The position numbers and the translations under genes are program-made. Below the pieces are notes generated by a model. That model was not told the origin of the DNA. It did not search any database and saw nothing but the letters and a program-made list of their open reading frames with translations. This document shows positions 19,215 to 29,901 of a DNA stretch of 64,000 nucleotides, piece after piece (the stretch's first letter is position 1; every line of letters begins with the position of its first letter). Origin of the DNA: Vulcanimicrobiota bacterium (GTDB lineage Bacteria; Vulcanimicrobiota; Vulcanimicrobiia; Vulcanimicrobiales; Vulcanimicrobiaceae); assembly GCA_963777315.1 (NCBI GenBank), contig CAVZQC010000002.1:160001-224000 (forward strand), given 5' to 3'.

Positions 19215-19232
19215 GAATTGTGACGATGCTGC

Positions 19233-20267
19233 ATGAGTGAATTGGACGAACGTTTGGCCGGCCTGCGCGAACGCTTCGATCGCGCGCTCGAGGCTGCGCG
19301 CGATGCGGCGGCGATCGACGCGGTGCGTGTCGCATTCTTGGGCCGCAGCGGTGAAGTCACGCTGCTGCGACGCGGCATCGGCACGCTGCCTGCAGCCGAA
19401 CGTCCCGGCGCGGGCAAGGCGATCAACGCAGCGGTCGAAGCGATGGAGGGGGCGCTGCAAAGCATCGCGGGACAGCTCGAGTCCCGAGCGTTCGGTGCCG
19501 AACTGCAGCACCGCGTCGACGTGACGTTTCCCGCCACCCCGGCGCAGATCGGGTCGATTCATCCGATCCGGCGCATCGTCAACGACGTCTGCCGCTTCTT
19601 CTCGCATCACGGGTTTGCCGTCGTGCTTGGCCCGGAGATCGAGCCCGAGTATTACAACTTCGACGCGCTCAACATTCCGCCCGATCATCCGGCGCGCGAA
19701 GGGTTCGACTCGTTCTTTTTGACGGATACGCTGCTGCTGCGCCCGCACACGTCGCCCATGCAGATTCGTACGATGCAGCAGCACCGTCCGCCGCTCGCGG
19801 TCGTCGTGCCTGGCCGCTGCTACCGGCGCGATGCCGTGGACTCACGTCACCTGTTCCAATTCACGCAAGTCGAAGGTCTGCTGGTCGGCACCGACGTGCA
19901 CATGGGGCATCTCAAAGGCATGCTGACCGGAATGTGCCGCGAGCTGTTCGGCCGCGAGCAGCAGGTGCGTTTCCGCCCATCCTTCTTTCCGTTTACCGAA
20001 CCCAGTGCCGAGGTCGACACGACGTGCCCGCTATGCGGAGGCCGCGGCGGCGAATGCCGCATGTGCGGCGGCTCGGGCTGGATCGAGTTAGGCGGTTCGG
20101 GCATGGTGCATCCCAACGTGCTGCGCAATATGGAATTCGACCCGGCGGTGTACTCGGGCTGGGCATTCGGTTTCGGCGTCGAACGCATGGCGCTCGTGCG
20201 GTACGACATCGACGACATTCGCCGCCTGTACGAGAACGATCTCGACTTTCTGCTGCAACTGGCGTGA
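19233..20267 (+). CDS. pheS: Phenylalanine-tRNA ligase alpha subunit
   Basis: YNFDALNIP.DHPAR, LLRPHTSP.Q, FRPSFFPFTEPS, GWAFGFGVER. Confidence 0.98.
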   Translation: MSELDERLAGLRERFDRALEAARDAAAIDAVRVAFLGRSGEVTLLRRGIGTLPAAERPGAGKAINAAVEAMEGALQSIAGQLESRAFGAELQHRVDVTFPATPAQIGSIHPIRRIVNDVCRFFSHHGFAVVLGPEIEPEYYNFDALNIPPDHPAREGFDSFFLTDTLLLRPHTSPMQIRTMQQHRPPLAVVVPGRCYRRDAVDSRHLFQFTQVEGLLVGTDVHMGHLKGMLTGMCRELFGREQQVRFRPSFFPFTEPSAEVDTTCPLCGGRGGECRMCGGSGWIELGGSGMVHPNVLRNMEFDPAVYSGWAFGFGVERMALVRYDIDDIRRLYENDLDFLLQLA

Positions 20268-20275
20268 GTGCGTAA

Positions 20276-22639
20276 GTGAAAGTTCCTTTGGCGTGGCTGC
20301 GTGATTACGTCGAGCTGCCCGCGGATTCGCAAGCGGTTGCCGACATGCTCGCGCAGATCGGATTTCCCGTCGACGCGATCGAGGAACGTCCGCTCGTAAC
20401 CGGCGTCGTGGCCGGGCGAATCGAGCAGCTCGACAAGCATCCCAACGCGGACCGGCTGCAAGTCGGCAAGATAGACGTCGGCAACGGGCGCCTGCTGACC
20501 ATTGCCACCGCGGCGACCAACGTCGAACGAGGGCAAACGATCGCGGTCGCGACCGTGGGCGCTCGGCTGCCGCAGTTGACGATCGAGCGGCGCAAGATGC
20601 GCGGAGTGGAATCGGACGGCATGATGATCTCCGCGGACGAGCTTGCGCTTCCGCCTGAATGGTTTGAAGACGGCATCATGCAGTTCGACGCCGCGCTCGA
20701 ACCCGGCACGAACGTGGTGGAGCGTTTCCGCCTGAGCGAACCGGTGCTCGACGTAGACGTCACGAGCAACCGCGCCGACGCGATGTCGATGATCGGTCTT
20801 GCGCGCGAACTGGCGGCCTATCAAGACGTACCGTTGCGCCTGCCGCAGCTGGACTACGCCTGCGACCGGACGGCAAGCGCGCCGCCTGCCGTGCAAATCG
20901 ACGCGCCGGACTGCCGCCGCTTCGTGGTGCAGCGATTCACCGGCGTGCACGCCGGCGCATCGCCCGCATGGATGCGCGTACGACTCGCGCTGGCCGGCCA
21001 GCGCCCCATCAACCGGGTAGTCGACATTTCGAACTACGTCATGCTCGAAACGGGCCAGCCGCTGCACTTTTACGACGATGCAAAGATTCCGGGCAGCCGT
21101 TTGATCGTGCGCGACGCGCTCCAAGACGAAACGATCGTCACGCTCGACGGTCAAGAGCATCGCCTGAACGGCAACGATCTGGTCATCGCGAGCGAAAACG
21201 GCGCGGAGGGGATTGCCGGACTCAAAGGCGGCAGACGCTCCGAAGTGAACGAAACGACTCGCGCCATTTTGCTGGAAAGCGCGAGCTTTACCGGAGCACG
21301 GGTGCGCCGCACCAGTGCGCGCTTAGGCTTTCGAACCGACGCCGGCGCGCGCCACGAGAAAGCGCTTCCGCTTGCGTTCACCGATCTCGGGCAGCAGCGC
21401 GCGGCGCACCTGCTGACTGCGCAAGGCGCGACCGCGCAGCCGGCGCTCGCGTTCGGCGCTCCGGTTCGTCCGCCGGATCCCATCGACTTCGACCTGCGCG
21501 ACGTCAAACGGCTGTTGGGCTACGACTTGGACGCACAGGCAGTGCGCGGCTACTTGGATCGCCTCGGTTTCGAAGTGCAGCAAAAGGACTCGCAGCGCGT
21601 TCTTGTCACTCCTCCGCTGTGGCGGCCCGACGTGACGATTGCTGCCGACGTGGTCGAGGAGATCGCGCGCATGGCCGGCTACGATCGCATCGAAAGCGCG
21701 ATTCCCGCGCTGGCGCAGCACGACATTCGCAGTGCGAGCTTCGAACTGGAGAGCCGCACCGCGCAAACGCTCTGCGCGCTGGGATACCACGAAATCGCCA
21801 GCATCGCGCTGCACGGGCGCCAGATCTTCGAACGGCTCGATCGCGCAGGCTTGCAGCCGTCGTTCCCGCCCGTCGAAGTGCTCAATCCGCTCTCGGAAGA
21901 TCAGCGCTACCTGCGGTTTGCGCTGGGACCGGCGTTCATGCAGTATTTCGCGCGGCACGGCGGCCCGGTGCGCATCTTCGAGCTCGGGCACATCTTCTAT
22001 CGTGAAGACGGACAGCCGCTCGAAACGCCCATGGCCGCGTTCGCATTCACGGCCCCGCCGCTGGACGAGCCGCCGTGGCGCGATTCGCATCTCTTGGCCA
22101 TCAAGGGGGACACCGAAGCGCTGCTGCGCGAATTGACCGGTCGCCGCGAATTCGAGTATGCGGCCGACGCGCGAAACGGCGCGCACCCCGGTAAAACAAC
22201 GGCGGTGCTGCTGGACGGGCGTGAAGTCGCGTTTATCTGCCGTGTCGACCCGCGCTTGGAAAAAGCATTCGGGATCTCGTTGCCGGTATACGGCTGCTGG
22301 ATCTTTCTGCAGAGAATTCCGGATTACGTGTCGCCGCTGTACCGCGCGCCTTCCAAGTACCCGTCAACGTACCGCGACGTGGCCATAGTCTGCGATCTCG
22401 ACGTCACCTCGGCAAGCGTGCAAAAAACCATTGCGGGATGCCTTGGAGAACTCTGCACCGGCGTTGCGGTCTTCGACGAATATCGCGGTCCGCAAATAGC
22501 ACCCGACAAGAAAAGCCTGGCGGTGCGAGTAACGCTGCAGCGCACGGATGCCACCATTACCGACAAGGAAGCCGAGTCCGCCATCGAGCGTGCGCTGCGC
22601 GAACTCGGGCAGCGGCTGGGCGCGGTGCTGCGGACGTGA
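20276..22639 (+). CDS. pheT: Phenylalanine-tRNA ligase beta subunit
   Basis: HPNADRL, RGVES.GM, NYVMLETGQPLH, EEIARMAGYD, FDEYRG..KKSLA. Confidence 0.97.
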   Translation: MKVPLAWLRDYVELPADSQAVADMLAQIGFPVDAIEERPLVTGVVAGRIEQLDKHPNADRLQVGKIDVGNGRLLTIATAATNVERGQTIAVATVGARLPQLTIERRKMRGVESDGMMISADELALPPEWFEDGIMQFDAALEPGTNVVERFRLSEPVLDVDVTSNRADAMSMIGLARELAAYQDVPLRLPQLDYACDRTASAPPAVQIDAPDCRRFVVQRFTGVHAGASPAWMRVRLALAGQRPINRVVDISNYVMLETGQPLHFYDDAKIPGSRLIVRDALQDETIVTLDGQEHRLNGNDLVIASENGAEGIAGLKGGRRSEVNETTRAILLESASFTGARVRRTSARLGFRTDAGARHEKALPLAFTDLGQQRAAHLLTAQGATAQPALAFGAPVRPPDPIDFDLRDVKRLLGYDLDAQAVRGYLDRLGFEVQQKDSQRVLVTPPLWRPDVTIAADVVEEIARMAGYDRIESAIPALAQHDIRSASFELESRTAQTLCALGYHEIASIALHGRQIFERLDRAGLQPSFPPVEVLNPLSEDQRYLRFALGPAFMQYFARHGGPVRIFELGHIFYREDGQPLETPMAAFAFTAPPLDEPPWRDSHLLAIKGDTEALLRELTGRREFEYAADARNGAHPGKTTAVLLDGREVAFICRVDPRLEKAFGISLPVYGCWIFLQRIPDYVSPLYRAPSKYPSTYRDVAIVCDLDVTSASVQKTIAGCLGELCTGVAVFDEYRGPQIAPDKKSLAVRVTLQRTDATITDKEAESAIERALRELGQRLGAVLRT

Positions 22640-22641
22640 GC

Positions 22642-23172
22642 ATGCTTTGGCCGGATATTCTCATCGGCGCGGTGCTGTTCATCGCAACGCTCAAAGGTTA
22701 CAAGCGCGGTTTCGTCCTCGAACTCTCCGGCGCCGTCGCGCTGTTCGCTTCACTGGTGACTCCGTGGCTGTATAACGGCGCATTCGACGGTACGCTGGAG
22801 AACGCGCTGCGGCTGGGACCCGGCTCGGCGCACGTCGTCGCAATGTTCGGGGTCGGTCTGGCGACGTACGTGGCGGTGCTGCTGCTCGCGCGCGTGCTCA
22901 ACGCCTTCGCCAAGCTGCCCGTGCTCGGTCTTGGAAACGCTGTGGCCGGCGGCGCGGTGGGCCTGCTCAAAGGCGTCGTGGGCGTGTGGGTCGTGCTCTA
23001 CGTCGCGCTCTTTTTTCCGCTCTCGCGCGACATTCGATCCGATTTGCACCGTTCGGTTTTAGTCGCGTACATCACGCAGCCGAATCCCATGGTCGACCGG
23101 AAAGTCATCGCGACGCTGCCGTGGTTTGCACGTCCGTTCGTCCATCCGATCTTTGCTCGGCATCGTGTTTAG
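22642..23172 (+). CDS. CvpA (colicin V production) family membrane protein
   Basis: D...GYKRGFV.E and GG.VGLLKG patterns, with multiple transmembrane segments. Confidence 0.85.
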   Translation: MLWPDILIGAVLFIATLKGYKRGFVLELSGAVALFASLVTPWLYNGAFDGTLENALRLGPGSAHVVAMFGVGLATYVAVLLLARVLNAFAKLPVLGLGNAVAGGAVGLLKGVVGVWVVLYVALFFPLSRDIRSDLHRSVLVAYITQPNPMVDRKVIATLPWFARPFVHPIFARHRV

Positions 23173-24331
23173 TGCCCCCGGCCATGTCCAAGAACACGCG
23201 CAGCGCGGCCTGAACGCCCGAACCGACCCGAACCGGAACGTTGTACTCGAGCAGCGCGATCTCCAGCGCGCCCAGCGCACCGAGCACGTCCGTTTGCGAA
23301 ACGTCGCCCATCGTGCCCATGCGCACGATCTTGCCTTTGAGTTCGAGCTGTCCGCCGGAAAGGCAAACGCCGCGTTCTTCACGCAGCTTGCGCAGCAGCG
23401 TTGCGGCTTCGACTCCCTGCGGCACGTTGCCGGCAACGACGGTGACCGAATGTGCCCCAGGCTGCGAAAACACGCGCAATCCCAACGCGTTGAATGCATC
23501 CCGAACGGCGTGCGCGTACATTTCGTGCCGCTGCCATACTTGCGCCGCGCCCTCGGCATGATAATGGTGCAGCGCCGCATCCAGCGCGAATAGTATCGAT
23601 ACCGGCGGAGTCCATGGGGTTTGTCCTTGCCGGGAAAACTCGCGCGCCTTGAGCAGGTCGAAATAGAATCGCGGCGTCTTCGCACTTTCTATCGCCTTCC
23701 ACGCTCGCGGGCCCACGGCCACCACCGCAACGCCGGGCGGCGCGGCGAGCACCTTTTGCGATGCCGTCACCACGATGTCGTAACCCCAGTCGTCCATGCG
23801 GAAGTCGGTCGCTCCCAAACCGCTGACCGAATCGACTATCGCGATCGCGCCGTGTTCGCGCACGATGGGCGCAAGCTTGGCCATGTCGTTTTGCACGCCG
23901 GTCGACGTCTCGTTGTGCGTGAGCAAAATGCCCTTGAAACGGCGCTGGGTATCGGCGGCCAGCCGCTGCGCGAGCGCCTGCGGTTCGAGCGCGTATCCCG
24001 GATCGGTTTCGATCGTGTCCACGGCGATGCCGTAGGTTTTTGCGATGGCGCTCAGTCTGCGCCCGAACACGCCCACCGGCGCAGCCAGCACCGTATCGCC
24101 GGGTGAAAACGCCGACGCAATCGCCGCTTCCAATCCGCCGGTTCCGGACGAACCGAGCAGCAAAATGTCGGCTTGTCGCGATCCGAAAATGGGGCGCAAC
24201 CCGTCCTCGATCTGCCGGACCAGCGTGGCGAACTGCGGGCCGCGATGGTCGACGAGCGGCTTGCTCATCGCCGCAAGCACTTGTTCGGGGACGGTGACGG
24301 GTCCGGGAATGAAGAGCAGATTCTTTTTCAT
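23105..24331 (-). CDS. Class V PLP aminotransferase (alanine-glyoxylate/serine-pyruvate family)
   Basis: IPGPV, HNETSTGV, DSVS, ASQK..PPG, RMGTMG. Confidence 0.92.
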   Translation of the reverse strand: MKKNLLFIPGPVTVPEQVLAAMSKPLVDHRGPQFATLVRQIEDGLRPIFGSRQADILLLGSSGTGGLEAAIASAFSPGDTVLAAPVGVFGRRLSAIAKTYGIAVDTIETDPGYALEPQALAQRLAADTQRRFKGILLTHNETSTGVQNDMAKLAPIVREHGAIAIVDSVSGLGATDFRMDDWGYDIVVTASQKVLAAPPGVAVVAVGPRAWKAIESAKTPRFYFDLLKAREFSRQGQTPWTPPVSILFALDAALHHYHAEGAAQVWQRHEMYAHAVRDAFNALGLRVFSQPGAHSVTVVAGNVPQGVEAATLLRKLREERGVCLSGGQLELKGKIVRMGTMGDVSQTDVLGALGALEIALLEYNVPVRVGSGVQAALRVFLDMAGGTKHDAEQRSDGRTDVQTTAASR

Positions 24332-24394
24332 GTTCCCGCGCCGTTCGCGCTCGAACGACGCGGGACTTCTTCAAAGGCTCCTTAAGTATGCCGG

Positions 24395-25432
24395 ATGCAG
24401 CGAGAACGCGTGCGGCTGACCGAGCTTTCGTCCTGCGCGGGTTGAGCGAGTAAACTCGGCTCTGCCGAGCTGACGCAGGTCTTGCGTCACTTGCCCGCCA
24501 CGGCGAATGCCCGCGTGCTCCTCGGTTACGGCACCTCCGACGACGCGGGCGTCTATCAAGTGCGAGACGATCTGGCACTGGTGCAGACCGTCGATTTCTT
24601 CACGCCCATCGTCGACGATCCGTTCGACTTCGGACGCATTGCCGCCGCCAACGCGCTTTCCGACGTCTATGCGATGGGAGGCGTACCCATCAGTGCGCTC
24701 AACATCGCCGCGTTCCCGATCGAAACGCTCGACGCGAGCATTCTCGAACGCATTCTCGAAGGGGGCGCCGCCGTCGCGCGGCAAGCCGGCGTGGCGATTC
24801 TGGGAGGGCACACGATCAAAGACGCGGAGCCCAAATACGGCATGGCGGTCGTGGGGACGATCGATCCCGCGTGCATCGTCACCAACGCGGGCGCGCGTCC
24901 GGGCAACATTCTGGTTTTGACCAAGCCGCTGGGAACCGGCGTTCTCTCCACTGCGCTCAAGCGCGGCGCGATCGAGGAACGCGAGATGCTGCCCGCAGTC
25001 GATTGGATGACGGCCTTGAACGATCGCGCGTGCGCGGCGATGCTGGCCGCCGGTGCATGCGCGGCTACGGACGTAACGGGATACGGCCTCCTGGGGCACG
25101 CGGCCGAAATGGCGCGTGCGTCGCACGTCGCGCTTCGAATCGACAGTTCGAAGGTTCCACTCATGCCGCTGGTGCGCGATCTGATCGATCGGGACATCGT
25201 TCCCGAAGGCAGCCGGCAGAACGCGGCAGCGCACCGCGCATTTGCGACGTTCTCCTCGAACGTAGCATCCGCGGTGGTTTTGGCGCTGTCGGACGCTCAG
25301 ACTTCGGGAGGGCTGCTGGTCGCGTTGCCGCCCTCCGGCCTGCAAACCTTTCGCACGGTACTGGGCGACGCGCACGCGGTGTGCGCGACGATCGGCGAAG
25401 TGCTCGACGGCGAAGGCATCGCCGTCATTTAG
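24395..25432 (+). CDS. selD: Selenide, water dikinase (selenophosphate synthetase), selenoprotein with Sec at codon 17
   Basis: [19 protein letters not shown](24443-24445)-ASKLG is in frame with [40 protein letters not shown] and DAQTSGGLL. Confidence 0.95.
24455..24469 (+). promoter_or_regulatory. Candidate SECIS hairpin CTCGGC-tct-GCCGAG
   Basis: Stem-loop starting 10 nt after the UGA. Confidence 0.4.
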
Positions 25433-26922
25433 TGCGCGTCATCCTCGCGCTCGATCAAGGAACGAGCAGCTCGCGCGCTGCGGTCTTCGATCGCAAAGGC
25501 GGCATGCTCGGATTCGCGCAGTGCGAAATATCGCAGCATTTTCCCCAGCCGGGCTGGGTGGAACACGATCCGCAAGAGATTTGGGAGTCGCAGTTGCAAA
25601 CGGCGGTGCAGGCGCTACGTGCTGCGGGAGCGTCCGCGAGCGACGTTGCCGCGATCGGCATAACGAATCAGCGCGAAACCACGCTGCTGTGGGAACGCGG
25701 CAGCGGAAATCCCGTTGCAAATGCCGTCGTCTGGCAGGACCGGCGAACCGCGGCGGCGTGCGAAGCGCTGCAGTCGCGCGGCGCAGGCGAACGCGTCGCG
25801 GCGCAAACCGGTCTCGTGCTCGATCCCTATTTTTCCGCCACCAAACTGGCGTGGCTGCTCGACAACATACCGGGGGCTCGCGCGAACGCGCAGCGCGGGG
25901 ATCTCGCCTTCGGTACCGTGGATTCGTGGCTGGTTTGGAAGCTCACGGGCGGCGCGCGGCACGTTACCGACGTCACCAATGCATCGCGCACGATGCTGTT
26001 CGACGTCCATCGGTTGGAGTGGAGCGACGATCTGCTGCGCGAGTTCAACGTTCCTGCAGCAGTGCTGCCGCAGGTACTGCCCTGCACCGCATCGTTCGGG
26101 ACGGCTGCGCCGCAGCTGTTCGGCTGCGCCATACCGATCTGCGCCGTCTGCGGCGATCAGCAGGCCGCTCTCATCGGCCAAGCCGGCTTTGCGCGCGGGC
26201 TTGCAAAAAACACGTACGGTACCGGTTCGTTTCTCATGCTCAATACCGGCACGGCGCCGGTGCGCAGCACGCACGGATTGCTGACGACTATCGCGTACGC
26301 GTTCGAACCGCAGCAAGCTACATACGCGCTCGAAGGATCGGTATTCGCCACGGGCGCCGCCATCCAATGGCTGCGCGACGGATTGCACATCATCGAGCGC
26401 GCGGCGGACGTCGAAGAGCTCGCCCGGCAAGTATCCGACACCGGAGGCGTGTATTTCGTCCCGGCCTTCACCGGGCTTGGCGCTCCGTACTGGGATCCGC
26501 TCGCGCGCGGCATCATAGCCGGCATTACGCGCGGCACGACGCGCGCGCATATCGCTCGGGCTGCGTTGGAATCGATCGCGTTCCAAAGCGCCGAAGTGAT
26601 CGGGGCCATGGAGCGCGACGCGGATTTGCAACTGGCGGAATTGCGCGTCGACGGCGGAGGTTCGGCCAGCGAGCTGTGCATGCAGCTGCAAGCCGATCTG
26701 ATCGCGGCGCCCGTCGTGCGCGCACGCATCATGCAGACCACGGCGTTGGGCGCAGCGTACTTGGCGGGGTTGCAGAGCGGATATTGGCGCGATCTCGACG
26801 AGGTCGGCCGGCAATGGGAACAAGACGCGCGGTTCGTTCCCGCGATGCCGGATGCGCAGCGGAGTACGGAGATGGAGCGATGGCGCCGCGCGGTGGCGCT
26901 GGCCAGAGGCTGGTCTGGATGA
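25432..26922 (+). CDS. glpK: Glycerol kinase
   Basis: [44 protein letters not shown]. Confidence 0.96.
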   Translation: MRVILALDQGTSSSRAAVFDRKGGMLGFAQCEISQHFPQPGWVEHDPQEIWESQLQTAVQALRAAGASASDVAAIGITNQRETTLLWERGSGNPVANAVVWQDRRTAAACEALQSRGAGERVAAQTGLVLDPYFSATKLAWLLDNIPGARANAQRGDLAFGTVDSWLVWKLTGGARHVTDVTNASRTMLFDVHRLEWSDDLLREFNVPAAVLPQVLPCTASFGTAAPQLFGCAIPICAVCGDQQAALIGQAGFARGLAKNTYGTGSFLMLNTGTAPVRSTHGLLTTIAYAFEPQQATYALEGSVFATGAAIQWLRDGLHIIERAADVEELARQVSDTGGVYFVPAFTGLGAPYWDPLARGIIAGITRGTTRAHIARAALESIAFQSAEVIGAMERDADLQLAELRVDGGGSASELCMQLQADLIAAPVVRARIMQTTALGAAYLAGLQSGYWRDLDEVGRQWEQDARFVPAMPDAQRSTEMERWRRAVALARGWSG

Positions 26923-28355
26923 ACCGAAGTACCGGTTTACGGCGGCTCTGCTCCGAACGGTTCGACGTGCTGATCGTCGGCGGCGGTGCGACGGGTCTGG
27001 GTTGTGCCGTCGATGCGGCTTCTCGCGGATACAGCACCGCGCTGGTCGAGGCCGGCGACTTTGCCGGCGCGACTTCGAGCCGTTCGACCAAACTCGTGCA
27101 CGGCGGCGTGCGCTATCTTGCGCAAGGGAACGTTGCACTCGTTCGGGAGGCGCTGCGGGAACGAGGCCGTTTGCTGCGCAACGCGCGGGGTCTCGTGCGC
27201 GAAATGCCGTTCCTGATACCGGCGTACTCGTGGGCGCAGCGCGCGTATTACGCATTCGGACTGCGATGCTACGACGCCCTCGCCGGCGCGGAAGGCTTGT
27301 CGCGCAGCAGAACGGTGACGGCGCGCGAGGCCGCCGATCTGTTCCCCGCCGTGCAAGCGAAAGAGCTGCGCGGCGCGACCGTCTATTGGGATGCCGCGTT
27401 CGACGACGCGCGCTTGGCGATCGCACTGGCGCAGACTGCCGTCGATTACGGTGCGGCGATAGCGAATTACGTGCGGGCGCAATCTTTTCTTTTGGACGGC
27501 TCGCGAACGTGCGGCATACTCGCCGTGGACTGCGAATGCGATCGGACGTTCGAGATACGGGCGCGCGCGGTGATCAACGCGGGCGGAATATTCGCCGACG
27601 AACTGCGTTTGCTCGACGATGCTAACGCCGCGCCGCTGCTCGCCTTCAGCCGCGGTTCGCATCTCGTGTTCTCGCGCCAAGCCTTGCCGATTGGGCAAAC
27701 GGCCCTGCTGGTTCCACGCACCGCCGACGCTCGCGTGCTGTTCGCTCTTCCTTGGCACGGCAGCGTGCTTGCCGGAACCACCGACGTTCCGGCGCCGCGC
27801 GCCGAGCCCGAGCCGCAGCCGGACGCAGCCGAAGTCGACTACATCGTAGCGACCTTGAAGCGCTACGTGGACCGTCCGCTGCACGCAGCCGACGCGCGCA
27901 GCGCGTTCGCGGGACTGCGTCCGCTGATCCGGCGGACGGGCGCGACCACCGCGCATCTTTCCCGCGAACATCTCGTCGAAGTTTCCGGCACCGGACTCGT
28001 CACCGTCACCGGCGGCAAGTGGACGACGTACCGCAAAATGGCGCAGGACGCCGTAGACGCGGCATGCGAAACCGGCGCACTTGCCCGCAGCGTCTGCCGC
28101 ACGCACGAGCTGCGCCTGCGCGACGTTCCGGCGGCGCCGGACGCGGAGCGGGCAGCGGCTCACGAGATGGCGCGAACGCTGGCGGATCTGCTCGCGCGGC
28201 GCACGCGCGCGCTGTTCGTGGACGCGCGAGCCGCCCTGGCGCAGGCACCGCCTGCAGTCCAAACGCTCGGCCGCGTGCTGGGGCGAGGACCGGAATGGCA
28301 GCAGGAGCAGCTCTGCGGGTTCGAGTCGCTCGCAAAGCGGTATATCGTGGCATGA
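26919..28355 (+). CDS. glpD: FAD-dependent glycerol-3-phosphate dehydrogenase
   Basis: [42 protein letters not shown]. Confidence 0.94.
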   Translation: MNRSTGLRRLCSERFDVLIVGGGATGLGCAVDAASRGYSTALVEAGDFAGATSSRSTKLVHGGVRYLAQGNVALVREALRERGRLLRNARGLVREMPFLIPAYSWAQRAYYAFGLRCYDALAGAEGLSRSRTVTAREAADLFPAVQAKELRGATVYWDAAFDDARLAIALAQTAVDYGAAIANYVRAQSFLLDGSRTCGILAVDCECDRTFEIRARAVINAGGIFADELRLLDDANAAPLLAFSRGSHLVFSRQALPIGQTALLVPRTADARVLFALPWHGSVLAGTTDVPAPRAEPEPQPDAAEVDYIVATLKRYVDRPLHAADARSAFAGLRPLIRRTGATTAHLSREHLVEVSGTGLVTVTGGKWTTYRKMAQDAVDAACETGALARSVCRTHELRLRDVPAAPDAERAAAHEMARTLADLLARRTRALFVDARAALAQAPPAVQTLGRVLGRGPEWQQEQLCGFESLAKRYIVA

Positions 28356-29335
28356 AATCTCGACCGCTCGGCTCGTCCGGAATGTCGGTTTCGGAGATCG
28401 GTTACGGCTGCATGGGGCTGACGTGGGCCTACGGGCAACCCGTTACGCCGCAGGCCGACGACGGCGCCATCGCGTTGTTGAACCGCGCCGTGGATTTAGG
28501 CGTCACGCTATTCGATACGGCCGACATGTACGGCCCGTTCACCAACGAGGAGTTGGTCGGCAAGGCGCTGGAGCAGCGCCGCGGCCAAGTCATCATTGCG
28601 ACCAAATGCGGAATCGTCGTGCACGGCGATCCCAAAGACTACGACATGCGCCGCGACGGCAGCCCGCAGCACATAGCGCAGGCATGCGAAGCTTCGCTGC
28701 GGCGCCTAAGAATCGACACGATCGATCTGTATCAACTGCACCGCGTCGATCCGTCGGTGCCGGTCGAAGAGAGCGTCGGCGCAATGGCCGAGCTCGTGCG
28801 TGCGGGCAAAGTGCGCGCCGTCGGATTGTCCGAGGTCGACGTTGCAACGCTCGAACGCGCGGTGCGCGTGCATCCGATCGCGACGCTGCAATCGGAATAT
28901 TCGTTGTTCGAGCGTAACGTGGAGCCGGAAATCCTGCCGTGGTGCGAACGCAACGGCGTGGCATTGCTCGCGTACTCGCCGCTTGGGCGCGGCATGCTCA
29001 CCGGACGACTGCAGCGCTCAGACATCGCGGCCGGCGACTTTCGCGCAACGCTGCCGCGCTTTCAAGCCGAAGCGTTCGAACACAATACGCGCATCGCGCA
29101 GCGCGTGGCTGCGATTGCGCAGCGTCTGCACGCGACGGCCGGACAAGTCGCCTTGGCGTGGCTGCTCGCCAAGAGCCCGGCGGTCGTGCCGATTCCCGGC
29201 ACCAAGCGCGTGCAGTATCTCGAGGAGAACGCCGGTGCGGCCGCCGTTGTACTGGCGCCAGGCGACGTCGCGGAGCTCGACGCAGTTCCAGCGCCGATGG
29301 GAGGCCGTTACCCGCAGGCATCCGCCACGCGATGA
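28352..29335 (+). CDS. Aldo/keto reductase
   Basis: GYGCMG, FDTADMYG, IDLYQLHR, YSPLGRG, PIPGT. Confidence 0.93.
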   Translation: MKSRPLGSSGMSVSEIGYGCMGLTWAYGQPVTPQADDGAIALLNRAVDLGVTLFDTADMYGPFTNEELVGKALEQRRGQVIIATKCGIVVHGDPKDYDMRRDGSPQHIAQACEASLRRLRIDTIDLYQLHRVDPSVPVEESVGAMAELVRAGKVRAVGLSEVDVATLERAVRVHPIATLQSEYSLFERNVEPEILPWCERNGVALLAYSPLGRGMLTGRLQRSDIAAGDFRATLPRFQAEAFEHNTRIAQRVAAIAQRLHATAGQVALAWLLAKSPAVVPIPGTKRVQYLEENAGAAAVVLAPGDVAELDAVPAPMGGRYPQASATR

Positions 29336-29901
29336 TTTCGAGCGAACCGTTCGCACGTTTGGCCGCGAGCCTGCGGCGCGTGCGAGACAGCGAAGAAACC
29401 GATGCGCGCGTGGTTGGCTGGCTGCGCGGCGCCGTTTCCCTGGCGCGTGCGCTGCCTGCGCCCGCAACGATCCCTTCGGACCGGCAATACACGCGCACGC
29501 TCCTGCACAGGAGCGACCTGTTCGAGGTTCTCGTGCTGCATTGGATGCCCAACGGCGCCAGCACGATCCACGACCACGGCGGGTCGCAGTGCTGGTTTGC
29601 GGTGGCGAGCGGGACGATGGGCGTGGAGAACTACGCGCGCAGGGACCGCGGCGATACGGGCGGCTACGCGCGCATCGCTTTGCAGGGCCGTCAGGAACTG
29701 GTTGCCGGCTGCATCGACTACCGCGGGGACGACGAGCACCTGCACCGCTGCATTGCCCGCGACGACCTCGTCACGACGCTTCACGTCTACGCCGCTCCCC
29801 TGAAGCGCTATTACACGTTCGACGAACGGGCGCAAACATGCAGTCCGGAGATCGCATCGTACGACGCAATCTTTGAAGGCGCGTTGCCGGCACTCCGTTA
29901 G
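29332..29901 (+). CDS. Cysteine dioxygenase family protein
   Basis: YTRTLL, W.P...STIHDHGGS.C, LH, LHVY..P. Confidence 0.88.
   Translation: MISSEPFARLAASLRRVRDSEETDARVVGWLRGAVSLARALPAPATIPSDRQYTRTLLHRSDLFEVLVLHWMPNGASTIHDHGGSQCWFAVASGTMGVENYARRDRGDTGGYARIALQGRQELVAGCIDYRGDDEHLHRCIARDDLVTTLHVYAAPLKRYYTFDERAQTCSPEIASYDAIFEGALPALR

Noticed and set aside
18990..19232. T-box riboswitch before pheS
   Set aside because: No T-box antiterminator consensus seen; the region is better explained by a small ORF plus hairpin.
20020..20070. CxxC...CxxC insert in PheS
   Set aside because: A common zinc-binding variant of bacterial PheS.
23105..23172. 68-nt convergent overlap of cvpA and the aminotransferase
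   Set aside because: Low-information tail overlap, common in compact GC-rich genomes.
24482..25432. selD as an N-terminally truncated pseudogene
   Set aside because: The upstream UGA sits exactly at the catalytic Sec position with intact flanking sequence.
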